Shown: positions 19,538 to 30,662, counted from the stretch's first letter. The stretch: DNA of 64,000 nucleotides from Polaromonas sp. UBA4122 (GCF_002381615.1 NZ_DFWY01000078.1:21268-85267), one strand, 5' to 3'. Program-made: numbers and translations. The notes: a model not told the origin generated them from the sequence alone.

Positions 19538-20314
19538 ATGGACTTTGGCACACTCAAACCCTTGCTGACCAGCCTGGCCTTGCCGCCCTTGGCGCCGCTG
19601 CTGCTGGCATTGCTGGGGCTGCTGCTGGCTTTCAAAAGAAGACGCGGCGGCCTCGCGCTGGCGGCGCTCTCACTGGTTCTGCTCTGGCTTCTCAGTTGCC
19701 ATGGCATAGCCGTGTGGCTGGCGCGCAATGCACTGCCGCAGTTTGCACCGACCTCCGCAGCACAACTTGAAACCAGCCAAGTGCAGGCCATCGTCGTACT
19801 CGGCGGCGGCCTGCTGCCCGAGGCACCCGAATACGGCCAGTCCCAGCCTCGCGCCGCTACGGCGGCCCGGCTGCGTTATGGCATTGCGCTGGCGCGGCAA
19901 TCGGGTTTGCCCGTGGCCTTTACCGGTGGCGTGGGCTGGGCCGCCAATGGCGCGCAGGCAGCCTCCGAAGCCGAGGTGGCCGCTCGCGTGGCGCAGCAAG
20001 ACTACGGCGTGGCACTGCGCTGGCTGGAAGCGCAGTCGCGCGACACCTCGGGCAATGCGCGCCTGCTGACACCGCTGCTTCAGCGTGATGGCGTGCAGCG
20101 CATTGCGCTGGTGACCGATGCGTGGCACATGCCGCGCGCTGTCGCCGCGTTTGAGCGGGCCGGCCTGACCGTGACGCCTGCGCCTACCGGTTTTATCCTT
20201 CCGGTCGAGCGTGATCTTCTGGAATGGCTGCCCTCTGCGAACGGCCTGCTGGCTTCGCGGGAGGTGCTGCGCGAGTGGCTGGCGCTCGCCGCAGGCCGCT
20301 TCATTCTCCTTTGA
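19538..20314 (+). CDS. YdcF/ElyC (DUF218) family protein
   Basis: IVVLGGG, SRDTSGNA, LVTDAWHMPRA. Confidence 0.9.
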   Translation: MDFGTLKPLLTSLALPPLAPLLLALLGLLLAFKRRRGGLALAALSLVLLWLLSCHGIAVWLARNALPQFAPTSAAQLETSQVQAIVVLGGGLLPEAPEYGQSQPRAATAARLRYGIALARQSGLPVAFTGGVGWAANGAQAASEAEVAARVAQQDYGVALRWLEAQSRDTSGNARLLTPLLQRDGVQRIALVTDAWHMPRAVAAFERAGLTVTPAPTGFILPVERDLLEWLPSANGLLASREVLREWLALAAGRFILL

Positions 20315-20404
20315 CGGGAGCCCCTCACGGCTGCGTGGCTTGACGGCTTGAGCGGGTTGAACCTGGCGCGCGACCGCCAGTGATGGGGACTTGACCGCGC
20401 CAGC

Positions 20405-20453
20405 TTGACGCTCGGAAGGTAAAAAGCTACATTACTAACCAGCCAGTCAGTAA
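20405..20453 (+). promoter_or_regulatory. sigma70 promoter plus TetR operator
   Basis: TTGACG-17 nt-TACATT, overlapped by inverted repeat TTACTAAC-cagcca-GTCAGTAA (20432-20453). Confidence 0.7.
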
Positions 20454-20455
20454 AA

Positions 20456-21157
20456 ATGTCACTCTCCAAATCATTCTGCGACAAGTCCACCGCATTCAGC
20501 GCCAAGCGCGAACGGCGCAAACAGGCACGGCCGGGCGAACTGCTCGATGCGGCGCTGGACCTCTTCGTTGAAAAAGGCTTTGCCGCGACCCGGGTTGAGG
20601 AAGTCGCAGTGCGCGCCGGAGTTTCCAAGGGCACGCTGTTTCTCTACTTTCAAAGCAAGGAAGAGCTGTTCAAGGCCGTGGTGCGTGAGAACATTTCCGG
20701 CCGCTTCAAGGAATGGAACGACGAGTTCGACTCCTTTGAAGGCAGCACCGCCGAGATGCTGAGCTACTGCATGAGCGCCTGGTGGGAGGGCGTGGGTGCT
20801 ACCCGGGCCTCGGGTATCAACAAGCTGATGGTGAGCGAGGCCAAGAATTTCCCGGACATTGCCGCTTTCTACCAGCAGGAGGTCATACGGCCCGGCCATG
20901 CCTTGATCCGTCGCATTCTGCAGCGCGGGATGGATCGTGGCGAATTCCGCAACATGGATCTGGACTATGCCGTCTACAGCGTGGTGGCACCCATGATCTT
21001 CCTGATTCTGGCCAAACACTCCATGGGTGTTTGCGTTCCAGACAATGTTGAGATGGATCCCAAAAAATACATCGCCGCGCAATTGAGCACCATTCTGCAT
21101 GGCCTGAGCCAGCCGCCTGGCGATTCGGGTCAAGGCCCTGAGAAAACCCGAGCATGA
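20456..21157 (+). CDS. TetR/AcrR-family regulator
   Basis: LLDAALDLFVEKGFAATRVEEVAVRAGVSKGTLFLYF. Confidence 0.95.
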   Translation: MSLSKSFCDKSTAFSAKRERRKQARPGELLDAALDLFVEKGFAATRVEEVAVRAGVSKGTLFLYFQSKEELFKAVVRENISGRFKEWNDEFDSFEGSTAEMLSYCMSAWWEGVGATRASGINKLMVSEAKNFPDIAAFYQQEVIRPGHALIRRILQRGMDRGEFRNMDLDYAVYSVVAPMIFLILAKHSMGVCVPDNVEMDPKKYIAAQLSTILHGLSQPPGDSGQGPEKTRA

Positions 21158-22362
21158 AGCGCTGGATCAAATGGGCGGTGGCCCTTGTCGTCATCCTGCT
21201 CGTTGTGGGCGGTGTGCTAAGCGCGCTCTCGGCACGCAAAGCCCAGCAGCAGGCGCTGGTCACTGCCAGCGCGGCCAAAAACCAGGGGCTGGTGGAACTC
21301 GCCGCCACCGACGTGGTAACGGCTCAAACCCGCGAAGTGGTTCAGGGGCTGGCTGTTTCGGGTTCACTCAAGGCCGTCAATTCCGCCGTGATCAAGGCGC
21401 GCGTGGCGGGAGAGCTTCAGGGCCTGACGCTACGCGAAGGCGATTTCGTCAAGGCAGGCCAGGTGATCGCACACATTGAGGCCAGCGAGTACCTCTCGCG
21501 CGTGCGGCAGGCCAGGGAGCAGGCCGAATCGGCCAAAGCGCAAGTGGAGGTGGTGCAGCGCCAGTACGACAACAACAAGGCACTGGTGGACCAGGGCTTT
21601 ATCTCCAGGACAGCCCTGGACCTGTCGCTGGCCAACCTCAACGCGGCGCAGGCCACCTACAAAGCGGCGCTGGCCGCCACCGAGATTGCCGCCAAATCGG
21701 TCGCTGACACGGTGCTGAAGGCGCCCATTTCCGGACAGGTGTCGCAGCGTCTGGCGCAGCCGGGCGAGCGCGTGGGCGTGGATGCCAGAATTGTCGAAGT
21801 GGTGGATTTGAGCCGCCTTGAACTGGAAGCCGCTTTGAGCGCGAGCGACGCCGTGGAAGTGCGCGTGGGCCAGAGTGCCGAACTCCAGATCGAAGGCAGC
21901 CCGCAAGCCATCGGTGCCAAAGTCGTGCGCATCAACCCCAGCGCGCAAGCGGGCAGCCGCAGCGTGCTGGTTTACCTGAGCATTGACAATGCGGGCGGCG
22001 GCACTGCGCTGCCCTTGCGCCAGGGTCTTTTCGCCCAGGGAACGCTGAGCACGACGCGTGCATCAGGGCTGTCGGTTCCGGTCAGCGCGGTACGCACCGA
22101 CAAGCCCGCGCCCTATGTGCAGACGGTTGAAAATGGGCAAGTGGTCCACCGCGCGGTAGAACTCGGGGCGCGCGGCACGACCGGCAGCGAAGCGGTCGTC
22201 GCCGTCAAGGGGCTGGCCGAAGGCGCGCTGGTGATGCGCGGCGAAATGGGCGCTTTACGTGAAGGAACCAAGGTCCGGTTTACGCCGCTGGCCGCCGAGC
22301 AGGCAAGCCCGGCGACGAGTGCCCCGGCAAATGCGTCGGCCGTCACCAAACCAGCGCCTTAA
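21154..22362 (+). CDS. RND efflux periplasmic adaptor (MFP)
   Basis: N-terminal TM, lipoyl halves (VKAGQVIA, LKAPISGQV), coiled coil. Confidence 0.95.
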   Translation: MKRWIKWAVALVVILLVVGGVLSALSARKAQQQALVTASAAKNQGLVELAATDVVTAQTREVVQGLAVSGSLKAVNSAVIKARVAGELQGLTLREGDFVKAGQVIAHIEASEYLSRVRQAREQAESAKAQVEVVQRQYDNNKALVDQGFISRTALDLSLANLNAAQATYKAALAATEIAAKSVADTVLKAPISGQVSQRLAQPGERVGVDARIVEVVDLSRLELEAALSASDAVEVRVGQSAELQIEGSPQAIGAKVVRINPSAQAGSRSVLVYLSIDNAGGGTALPLRQGLFAQGTLSTTRASGLSVPVSAVRTDKPAPYVQTVENGQVVHRAVELGARGTTGSEAVVAVKGLAEGALVMRGEMGALREGTKVRFTPLAAEQASPATSAPANASAVTKPAP

Positions 22363-22373
22363 GGCTTCAACCC

Positions 22374-25300
22374 ATGTGGTTCACGCAGGTCAGCCTCAAG
22401 AATCCGGTGTTTGCCACCATGGTCATGCTGGCCATCGTGGTGCTCGGACTATTCTCCTACCAGCGCATGCAGGTGGACCAGTTTCCCAACATCGACTTAC
22501 CGGTGGTGGTGATCACGGCCGATTACCCCGGCGCTTCGCCCGAGATCGTTGAAAGCGAAGTCACCAAGAAGATTGAAGAAGGCGTCAATTCGATTGCCGG
22601 TATCAATGCCCTGACCTCGCGCAGCTACCAAGGCCAGGCTATCGTCATCATCGAGTTTCAGCTCTATATCGACGGGCGCAAGGCGGCAGAAGATGTGCGC
22701 GAAAAGATTGCCGCGATCCGGCCCAGCTTTCGCGACGAGGTGAAAGAGCCGCGCGTCTTGCGCTTTGATCCGGCAAGCCGCGCCATCTGGTCGGTCGCCG
22801 TGTTGCCGGCCCCCACGCTTGCCACCAAGGAAGGCGGAGCAGTGCAACAAGGCGCGGCCAGTCCATCCGCAGTGGAGCTGACCAACTGGGCCGACCAGGT
22901 GCTGAAAAAACGCCTTGAAAATGTCCGCGGCGCGGGCTCGGTCACGCTGGTCGGCGGCACCAAGCGAGAGATCAACATCTACCTCAATCCGCAAGCCCTG
23001 GAATCGGTCGGCATCACGGCCGACCAGGTGGTCAATGCGGTGCGCAACGAGAACCAGGACTTGCCGGTGGGCGCGATCCGCTCGCTGACACAGGAGCGCG
23101 TGGTCAAGATCGATGCACGCATGAAGCGCCCCGAAGACTTTGGCAAGATCATTGTGGCGCGCAAAGGGCTGGCTACTGGTAGCGGTGGCAGTGCGCCCAT
23201 CACGGTTAGCCAGGTCGCACGTATCGCCGATGGCGCCCAGGAACTCGACAGCCTGGCGCTTTACAACGGCCAGCGCACCTTGCTGCTGACCGTGCAAAAA
23301 GCCCAGGACGAAAACACCATCGGTGTGGTGGACGGACTGAACAAGGCCGTCGCCGAGATGCAGCCGCTACTGCCTCCCGGCGCACGGCTTGAGCTGATTA
23401 CCGACGGTTCGCGCCCGATTCGCGTGGCGGTTGAGAACGTGCGCCGCACGCTGATCGAAGGCGGGTTGCTGACGGTGTTGATCGTGTTCCTGTTTCTCAA
23501 TTCATGGCGCTCCACGGTGATTACCGGGCTGACGCTGCCGATTTCGATCATCGGCACCTTCCTCTTCATGAATTTATTTGGCTTCACCATCAACATGATC
23601 ACGCTGATGGCCCTGTCGTTGTGCGTGGGCCTGCTGATTGACGATGCGATTGTGGTGCGCGAGAACATTGTGCGACACGTACAGATGGGCAAAACGCCCT
23701 ACCAGGCCTCACTGGACGGCACGCAGGAGATCGGCCTGGCTGTGCTGGCCACGAGCTTTTCGATCGTCGCGGTTTTCCTGCCCGTTGGCTTCATGGGCGG
23801 CATCATCGGCAAGTTTTTTCACGAATTCGGCATCACCATTGTGGCGGCCGTGCTGCTCTCGATGTTCGTGAGCTTCACGCTGGACCCGATGCTGTCCAGC
23901 CTCTGGCACGACCCGGCCATTGAAGCGCATGGCAAGCATCATGCGCCGGTAACGTTTTACGATAAAACCATTGGCCGCGTCACCGGCTGGTTTGCCCGCG
24001 CGACCGACTCTCTGATCGACAGTTACCAGGGTATTTTGCGCTGGTCGCTGGCTCACAAACTGGCCACGCTAGCGCTGGCCGTGGTGATTTTTTCGATCAG
24101 CATTGTCATGGTGCCGTTGCTGGGCACCGAGTTTGTCCCCAAGGCCGACTTCTCGGAAACCACGCTCAACTTTTACACACCTGTGGGTTCCTCGCTCGAA
24201 ACCACCGAAGCCAAGGCCCGCCAGGTTGAAGCCATCGTGCGCGAGTTTCCCGAGGTGAAGTACACCCTGGCCACCCTCAACACTGGCAACGCGCAGGGCA
24301 AGATGTACGCCAGCCTGTATGTGCGCCTGGTGGACCGCAAGGCGCGCACGCGCAGTGTGGACGACATGTCGGGCGTGCTGCGCGAGCGGCTCAAACAGGT
24401 GCCGGGCATCACCGTCACCCACGTCGGCCTGCTCGATGCCGTGGGCGGCAACAAGCAGATCGAATTTTCGCTGCTGGGGCCGGACTTTAAGGAACTCGAG
24501 CGCCTGACGCGCCTCATCACGAAAAAAATCCAGGGCATTCCCGGGCTGGTGGACCTGGACTCCAGCGTCAAAGCCGACCAGCCGGTGATTGAAGTGGATG
24601 TGCGGCGCGATGCCGCGTCTGATCTTGGGCTGTCGGTGGCGCAGATTGCCGCTTCGCTGCGCACCCTGGTCGCAGGGCAGACCGTGGGCAACTGGCGCGC
24701 ACCCGACGACCAGACCTACGATGTGAATGTGCGCCTCGCGCCCGAAGCGCGCAACACACCGCAGGACCTGGAGCGCTTGCCTTTTACCAGCAGCGCCCTG
24801 GGCAGCAACCCCGATGGCTCCGCGCGCATCGTGCGGCTCAGCCAGGTGGCAAGCGTGAAGGAATCCACCGGTCCCAACCAGATCAACCGGCGCGACCTGA
24901 CCCGCGAGGTGGCCATCAACGGCAATGTCTACAGCCGCTCGGCCGGCGAAGTGTCCAACGACATCAAGGCAGCGCTGGACGGCTTCAATTTTCCACCGGG
25001 CTACAGCTATCAATTCAGCGGCTCCACCAAGAACATGGCGGAATCGTTTGGCTATGCCGTCTCGGCGCTGGTGATGGCCATTTTATTCATCTACATGATT
25101 CTGGCGAGCCAGTTCAAAAGCTTTCTGCAGCCCATGGCGCTGATGACCTCGTTGCCGCTGACTCTGATTGGGGTGGTGCTGGCCTTGCTGCTGTTCCGCT
25201 CGACGCTGTCGATATTCTCCATCATCGGGGTGGTCATGCTGATGGGCTTGGTCACCAAGAACGCCATTTTGCTGATCGACTTTGCCATCCGCATGCGCGA

Positions 25301-25661
25301 AGACCGGACGGACGCGGACGGACGCCGCGTCGCCGGCATGGAACGCGGCGAAGCCTTGCTGCAGGCCGCCAAGGTCAGGCTGCGCCCCATTTTGATGACC
25401 ACACTGGCCATGATTTTCGGCATGGTGCCACTGGCCTTTGCCTTGACGGAGGGCTCGGAGCAGCGTGCCCCCATGGGCCAGGCGGTGATTGGCGGCGTGA
25501 TCACCTCCTCGCTGCTGACCCTGGTCGTGGTGCCCGTGACTTACTGCTACATGGATGATCTGGCCCAGTGGTTCAAGCGCAAGTTCAGCAAGAAAGCGCA
25601 CCTTGCGTCGCCAGCTGTAGCGGCTGACGCCAGTCCGGATATCGTTACACACCACGTCTAA
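22374..25661 (+). CDS. RND efflux permease (AcrB/AcrD/AcrF family)
   Basis: 1095 aa; [37 protein letters not shown]. Confidence 0.97.
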   Translation: MWFTQVSLKNPVFATMVMLAIVVLGLFSYQRMQVDQFPNIDLPVVVITADYPGASPEIVESEVTKKIEEGVNSIAGINALTSRSYQGQAIVIIEFQLYIDGRKAAEDVREKIAAIRPSFRDEVKEPRVLRFDPASRAIWSVAVLPAPTLATKEGGAVQQGAASPSAVELTNWADQVLKKRLENVRGAGSVTLVGGTKREINIYLNPQALESVGITADQVVNAVRNENQDLPVGAIRSLTQERVVKIDARMKRPEDFGKIIVARKGLATGSGGSAPITVSQVARIADGAQELDSLALYNGQRTLLLTVQKAQDENTIGVVDGLNKAVAEMQPLLPPGARLELITDGSRPIRVAVENVRRTLIEGGLLTVLIVFLFLNSWRSTVITGLTLPISIIGTFLFMNLFGFTINMITLMALSLCVGLLIDDAIVVRENIVRHVQMGKTPYQASLDGTQEIGLAVLATSFSIVAVFLPVGFMGGIIGKFFHEFGITIVAAVLLSMFVSFTLDPMLSSLWHDPAIEAHGKHHAPVTFYDKTIGRVTGWFARATDSLIDSYQGILRWSLAHKLATLALAVVIFSISIVMVPLLGTEFVPKADFSETTLNFYTPVGSSLETTEAKARQVEAIVREFPEVKYTLATLNTGNAQGKMYASLYVRLVDRKARTRSVDDMSGVLRERLKQVPGITVTHVGLLDAVGGNKQIEFSLLGPDFKELERLTRLITKKIQGIPGLVDLDSSVKADQPVIEVDVRRDAASDLGLSVAQIAASLRTLVAGQTVGNWRAPDDQTYDVNVRLAPEARNTPQDLERLPFTSSALGSNPDGSARIVRLSQVASVKESTGPNQINRRDLTREVAINGNVYSRSAGEVSNDIKAALDGFNFPPGYSYQFSGSTKNMAESFGYAVSALVMAILFIYMILASQFKSFLQPMALMTSLPLTLIGVVLALLLFRSTLSIFSIIGVVMLMGLVTKNAILLIDFAIRMREDRTDADGRRVAGMERGEALLQAAKVRLRPILMTTLAMIFGMVPLAFALTEGSEQRAPMGQAVIGGVITSSLLTLVVVPVTYCYMDDLAQWFKRKFSKKAHLASPAVAADASPDIVTHHV

Positions 25662-25724
25662 AATAAGGGGTTTCTCTCGATGTCGTCCTTTTCCTCTCTC
25701 CCACCACACTCCAACAGGTCCACC

Positions 25725-26414
25725 ATGAACTACGAACAAGCCCGTTTCAACATGATTGAGCAGCAAATCCGCCCCTGGGAAGTGCTGGACAGTCAGGTCC
25801 TTTCTCTGCTTGCCGTGGTCAAGCGCGAGGATTTTGTGCCGCTTGCCCACAAGGCGCAGGCGTTTATGGACATGGAAATCCCCTTGCCGCCGCAGCAAAA
25901 CCCCAGCCAGTGCATGCTGTCTCCCAAGGTCGAAGCCCGCATCCTGCAGGATCTGGCAGTGCAAAAGCATGAAAAAGTGCTGGAGATCGGCGCCGGCTCG
26001 GGTTACATGGCCGCGCTGCTGGCCCACCGCGCGCAGCAAGTGATCACGCTTGAGATTGAGGCTTCACTGGCCCAGACCGCTCGCGATAACCTCCAAAAAT
26101 CGGGCGTCTACAACTGCGAAGTGCGCACCGGCGACGGCGCCGCCAACTTGGCGCAAGCCGTCTCCGGCAACGACCCGCTGCGTGGCCCTTTTGACGTGAT
26201 TGTGCTTAGCGGCTCGGTCGCTGAAGTACCTGCCTCGCTGCTTTCCCTGCTCAAGGTCGGCGGGCGCCTAAGCGCCATCGTCGGTTTTGAGCCGATGATG
26301 CGGGCCACCCTGATCACGCGTGTGGCCGAAGACGCCTGGCGCACGACGCAGGCCTGGGACACCGTGGCGCCGCGACTGCTCAATTTCCCCGAGCCTTCGA
26401 AATTCGTCTTCTGA
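25725..26414 (+). CDS. pcm: protein-L-isoaspartate O-methyltransferase
   Basis: EQARFNMIEQQIRPW, VLEIGAGSGY. Confidence 0.92.
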   Translation: MNYEQARFNMIEQQIRPWEVLDSQVLSLLAVVKREDFVPLAHKAQAFMDMEIPLPPQQNPSQCMLSPKVEARILQDLAVQKHEKVLEIGAGSGYMAALLAHRAQQVITLEIEASLAQTARDNLQKSGVYNCEVRTGDGAANLAQAVSGNDPLRGPFDVIVLSGSVAEVPASLLSLLKVGGRLSAIVGFEPMMRATLITRVAEDAWRTTQAWDTVAPRLLNFPEPSKFVF

Positions 26415-26426
26415 AAGCGTGTGCTG

Positions 26427-26798
26427 ATGATTTCCCAATTGAGTCCCTCCCACTTCGCCGCCTGGCGTGACAACGCCAGCGCCTTTGAAGGGGCTGCGAC
26501 CGCTGCCCTGCCCGTGGTGCTCGATGTGCGCGAACCCTGGGAATTGCAGACGGCATCGGTCAAGGAAGATGGTTTCACGCTGGTGCACATTCCCATGCGC
26601 GAGATTCCGGAGCGCCTCGCCGAACTGCAGAACGCACTCGGCACCGGCCAGCCGATTGCCTGCCTGTGCCACCACGGAATGCGCAGCCTGCAGGTGGCCA
26701 ATTATTTGATGCAAAGCGGCTTTAGCAAAGTCGTCAACCTGCAGGGCGGCATTAACGCCTGGTCACAGCAGGTGGACCCGTCGGTGCCGATTTACTGA
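26427..26798 (+). CDS. rhodanese-like sulfurtransferase
   Basis: LDVREPWE, CHHGMRS, NLQGGINAW. Confidence 0.92.
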   Translation: MISQLSPSHFAAWRDNASAFEGAATAALPVVLDVREPWELQTASVKEDGFTLVHIPMREIPERLAELQNALGTGQPIACLCHHGMRSLQVANYLMQSGFSKVVNLQGGINAWSQQVDPSVPIY

Positions 26799-26871
26799 TG
26801 CACGTTTGATTTGACCGCTTGACTTTCATTTGCTGACTCGTTAATTTGTTCTAAATTTCTTCAGGACCCTT

Positions 26872-28215
26872 ATGACCACGCCCAAGAAACTGCCGGCGCT
26901 ACTGCCCTTGTCGATGGCGATCGCTTCGGTGCTGATGGCTGTTGCCCCCATGGCGCAGGCCCAGAGTCTCGTGGAGCTGTATGACTCAGCCCGTGCCTTT
27001 GATGCGACCTACCAATCGGCCAAGCTGCAATACGACGCCAATCTCGCCAGGGCCGACCAGGCCAAGGCCGGCATCCTGCCGACCGCAGGCCTTGCCGCGG
27101 GCGTGTCACGCACCGGTTTTGAAAACACCAACCCGCCGATAGACAACAGTTTCAACACGGAAAACGCCACGCTGAGCGCTGCGCAACCGCTGTACCGGCC
27201 TGCCAATTGGGCGACCTACAGGCAGGGCCTCAAGCAGGTGGATCTGGCCAAGGCGCAACTTGAAGTGGCCGAGCAGGACCTGATCGTGCGCACCAGCCAG
27301 GCTTATTTTGACGTACTGGCCGCGCAGGACACGCTGACCTTTGTGCAGGCGCAAAAATCAGCGGTGGATGAACAACTGGCTTTCGCCAAGCGTAACTTCG
27401 AAGTGGGCACGTCCACCATCACCGACACGCGCGAAGCGCAGGCCCGCTACGACCTGGTGATAGCCCAGGAAATTTCAGCCGAGAACGACCTGCGCGTCAA
27501 GAAAATCGCCCTCGATACGCTCGTCGGCCAAAACGAAGCACAGCCCAAAGGCCTGCTGGTCCCGGTGAATTTGCCGCCCGTGCTGCCGGCCGATGTCAAC
27601 GCCTGGGTGCAGCAGTCGGAAACGGTGCATCCCAGTATTCGCCAGGCCCAAAGCGGGCTGGACATCGCCGAGCTTGAAGTAAAAAAGGCGGAAGCCGGCC
27701 ACAAGCCCACGCTGGACGTTGTCGCCAGCTACAACGTCACCCGCAACCCCTCAAGCACGGCGCAAAACGGCGTGTCCACCCGCGCAAACACAGGCAACGT
27801 TGGCCTGCTTCTCAATGTCCCTCTTTTTGCAGGATTTGCGACGCAAAACCGCATCCGGGAAACGCTCTCGCTGAAAGACAAGGCGCGTAGCGACCTCGAA
27901 GGCGCACGGCGCACGGTGGCCCTGAGCACCCGCACCGCTTTCTTCGGCGTGCTGTCAGGCGAGGGGCAGGTGAAAGCGCTGGAGGCGGCCGAGTTGTCCA
28001 GCCAGAGCGCACTCGATGCCAACAAGCTCGGCTACCAGGTTGGTGTGCGCATCAATATCGACGTGCTCAACTCGCAAAGCCAGCTCTTTCAGACCAAGCG
28101 CGATCTGGCGCAGGCACGCTACAACGTGCTGCTGGGCAACCTCAAGCTGCGCCAGGCCAGCGGCACCCTGACGCCTGAGGATTTACTACTGATTAACGCG
28201 CTGCTGGTCAAGTAA
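26872..28215 (+). CDS. tolC: TolC-family outer membrane channel
   Basis: Signal peptide; AYFDVL, RNFEVG, GYQVGVRINIDVLN. Confidence 0.93.
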   Translation: MTTPKKLPALLPLSMAIASVLMAVAPMAQAQSLVELYDSARAFDATYQSAKLQYDANLARADQAKAGILPTAGLAAGVSRTGFENTNPPIDNSFNTENATLSAAQPLYRPANWATYRQGLKQVDLAKAQLEVAEQDLIVRTSQAYFDVLAAQDTLTFVQAQKSAVDEQLAFAKRNFEVGTSTITDTREAQARYDLVIAQEISAENDLRVKKIALDTLVGQNEAQPKGLLVPVNLPPVLPADVNAWVQQSETVHPSIRQAQSGLDIAELEVKKAEAGHKPTLDVVASYNVTRNPSSTAQNGVSTRANTGNVGLLLNVPLFAGFATQNRIRETLSLKDKARSDLEGARRTVALSTRTAFFGVLSGEGQVKALEAAELSSQSALDANKLGYQVGVRINIDVLNSQSQLFQTKRDLAQARYNVLLGNLKLRQASGTLTPEDLLLINALLVK

Positions 28216-28241
28216 ACCCCTGCGGGAATACCGGCGAAAAT

Positions 28242-29624
28242 CTACGCAAGCGCGGCCGCAACCTGAGACTTTGCAGCGACGCCCTGCAGAAAAGGCCGCA
28301 AGGCATTGAGGGTGTGCGCTGTCGCACCCCGGTTTCGCGCCGCAAACGCCAGGCTTGCCGACACGGCGCTGACCTGCGCCTGCGTGTCGCCCAGCAGCAG
28401 GAGCGCCGCCTGCACGGCTTGCGGCAGACCCGCCACCCGGCGGGCCGCGCCTGAGGCTTCGGCCAGCTCGGCGGCCTCGGCAAAGTTGTAGGTGTGCAGA
28501 CCCATCACCACGGGGCAGCCGCAGGCGGCGGCCTCAATCAGGTTCTGGCCGCCCAGCGGTGCAAAGCTGCCGCCCAGCAAGGCCACATCGCTCAAGCCGT
28601 AATACAGCGCCATCTCGCCCAGCGAGTCTCCCAGCCAGATATCGGCCTGCATCGCATCCATGCTCTCAGCCGGCCCAGCCGCCCACGCTGAGCGGCGCGA
28701 AACCCGCAAGCCCTGCTGTTCAGCCAGCGCCTGCACGTCGCCAAAGCGCTGTGGGTGGCGCGGCACAATCAGCGCCTTGAAGCGTCCTGCCGGGACCGCT
28801 TCAGACTGGCTTTCTGCTACCGTATTAATAGCTGCTTGCGCCCGCGCTGCTTTGGCTACAGCACTTATTTCCTTAAAAAATTCGTCTTCTTCACCGTCCC
28901 GCGAGCTGGCAAACATCAGCACCGGTTGCGCCACCGCCTGCCGCCACGCTTGGCCCTGCGCGAGTTGGCGGGCGTCGGGCGTGGCGTCAAATTTGAGGTT
29001 GCCAAACACACCCGCCACCGTGGCGCCCAGCTGGCGAAAGCGCTGGGCATCGGTCTCGGTCTGCGCATAGACCGCCGACAGCGCTCCGTAGGCCGGGCGT
29101 GACAAAGGCGCCATGCGCAGCGCCTGTTGCAGCGATTTTTCAGACAAGCGGCCATTGACGAGCACCAGCGGCATGGCGCGCGCTTGGGCGGCGGCCATCA
29201 TGTTGGGCCAGATTTCGGTTTCCATCAGCAGCCCAAGCCGCGGCTTGAAGTGGTAGAAAAACCGGGCCACGGCGGCCGGGCTGTCCCACGGTTGCCAGAC
29301 CTGCACATCACCCGGCTGCAACAGGCCCACGCCCTCGGCACGACCGGTGGCCGTGCCATGCGTGAGCAGAATGCGCAAGTCCGGATGCTGCGCGCGCAAT
29401 GCTTTGAGCAACAGCGCCGCCGTGCGCGCCTCGCCCAGCGAAACGGCATGCACCCAGACCAATTCCGAAACGCTTTCCGCCTCCTGGGTGTAATGACCAA
29501 AACGCTCGTCCATCGCCACCAGGTAACCCGGCTCCTGCCGACCCCGGCGCGCCAGTTTGCGTCGCATTAGCGGTTGCACCAGCCACATCAGCAGTGAATA
29601 AATGCGAAGGGCCAGGGCATTCAT
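28242..29624 (-). CDS. waaA: 3-deoxy-D-manno-octulosonic acid transferase
   Basis: WVHAVSLGE, METEIWPN, PRHPQRF, GGQNLIEAAACG. Confidence 0.96.
   Translation of the reverse strand: MNALALRIYSLLMWLVQPLMRRKLARRGRQEPGYLVAMDERFGHYTQEAESVSELVWVHAVSLGEARTAALLLKALRAQHPDLRILLTHGTATGRAEGVGLLQPGDVQVWQPWDSPAAVARFFYHFKPRLGLLMETEIWPNMMAAAQARAMPLVLVNGRLSEKSLQQALRMAPLSRPAYGALSAVYAQTETDAQRFRQLGATVAGVFGNLKFDATPDARQLAQGQAWRQAVAQPVLMFASSRDGEEDEFFKEISAVAKAARAQAAINTVAESQSEAVPAGRFKALIVPRHPQRFGDVQALAEQQGLRVSRRSAWAAGPAESMDAMQADIWLGDSLGEMALYYGLSDVALLGGSFAPLGGQNLIEAAACGCPVVMGLHTYNFAEAAELAEASGAARRVAGLPQAVQAALLLLGDTQAQVSAVSASLAFAARNRGATAHTLNALRPFLQGVAAKSQVAAALA
28816..28880 (+). repeat. family A repeat inside waaA
   Basis: GCTAC-CGTATTA-ATAGC-TGCTTGCGCCCGCGCTGCTTTGGCTACAGCACTTATTTCCTTAAAAAA; encodes FFKEISAVAKAARAQAAINTVA. 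Confidence 0.88.
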
Positions 29625-30643
29625 GCGGCGGCTTGACGGTGGACCGCACGACATGCCAGCCAGGCTTGCCAGACGGCCTCCACAGTGGGAGTGGGTTGCG
29701 CAAACACGCTGACCTGCCGCCCTCCTGTGTCAGGCCCGGTGCGCCAGGCGGTGTCAAAGTTGTAGAGCTGCACATGCGGCAAATCCAGCGCCACGGCGAC
29801 ATGGCTCACGCCGCTGTCGACACCGATCACGCCCGCGCACTGCGCCAGCTCCTCGGTCAAGGCATCGAGCGCCAGCAAGGGCCAAACGATGGCGCTGGCG
29901 GGCTCGCGTTCATTCAGGGCATCAGCAATCGCCCGACTTGTCAGCAACTCACTGGCACTGCCATGCGGCAAAGCGACTTGATAACCCGCCGCATTCAGAC
30001 GCTGGCCGAGCGCTATCCAGTGGCTCAGCGGCCACTCCTTGTCGGTGCGCGACGTGCCATGCACGAAGGCCACCCGGTTAGCTATCTTTTCAGGAGCTGA
30101 CTGCACCCGTACCTCCTGGGCTAGAGGCACTTTTAATCCAAAATTCGGGGCCGACTGCAGCGTGTAGCCCAGCGCCCGCGCCGCCAGCTCACGCGAGCGC
30201 TGCACGGCATGGGTGTGCGGTGCGATGCGGATGGCCACGTCAGCCACCCAGCGTGTCGGCGCCTCGTAAGCCGAACCATCGGTCTGGTTGGCCAGCGCGT
30301 AACGCTTGCCGCCGGGCGCCAGTTGCGCCAGCCTGGCCACCACGGCGGATTTCGTCAGGCCCTGAAGATCGATGACGGCATCGTAGGCCTCCTGCTGCAA
30401 CTGCGCCAGGAAGGCCCGCCATTCCCGTCGCGTCGCCGCCGCCAAGGGCGACTTGCGCCAGCGCCTGATTTCGCAGGGAATGATGCGGTGCAAGCCCGGG
30501 CAGCGCGCCAGCAATGAAGCAAACGATTTTTCCACCACCCAGTCGATCTGCGCACCGGGCAAGGCCGCACGGATGTCCTGCACCACCGGCAGGGCATGAA
30601 CCACATCGCCCAGCGACGACAGCTTGACCAACAGAATCTTCAC
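29621..30643 (-). CDS. waaC: lipopolysaccharide heptosyltransferase I
   Basis: KILLVKLSSLGDVVH, IDLQGLTKSA, GVDSGVSH; GTG start at 30643. Confidence 0.94.
   Translation of the reverse strand: MKILLVKLSSLGDVVHALPVVQDIRAALPGAQIDWVVEKSFASLLARCPGLHRIIPCEIRRWRKSPLAAATRREWRAFLAQLQQEAYDAVIDLQGLTKSAVVARLAQLAPGGKRYALANQTDGSAYEAPTRWVADVAIRIAPHTHAVQRSRELAARALGYTLQSAPNFGLKVPLAQEVRVQSAPEKIANRVAFVHGTSRTDKEWPLSHWIALGQRLNAAGYQVALPHGSASELLTSRAIADALNEREPASAIVWPLLALDALTEELAQCAGVIGVDSGVSHVAVALDLPHVQLYNFDTAWRTGPDTGGRQVSVFAQPTPTVEAVWQAWLACRAVHRQAAA
30081..30143 (+). repeat. family A repeat inside waaC
   Basis: GCTAT-CTTTTCA-GGAGC-TGACTGCACCCGTACCTCCTGGGCTAGAGGCACTTTTAATCCAAAA; encodes FGLKVPLAQEVRVQSAPEKIA. Confidence 0.88.
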
Positions 30644-30662
30644 AGAGCCACGCGTTAAAGCG

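Noticed and set aside
25007-25025. Family A core-like GCTAT-CAATTCA-GCGGC in the RND gene
   Set aside because: Two core mismatches and no tail similarity.
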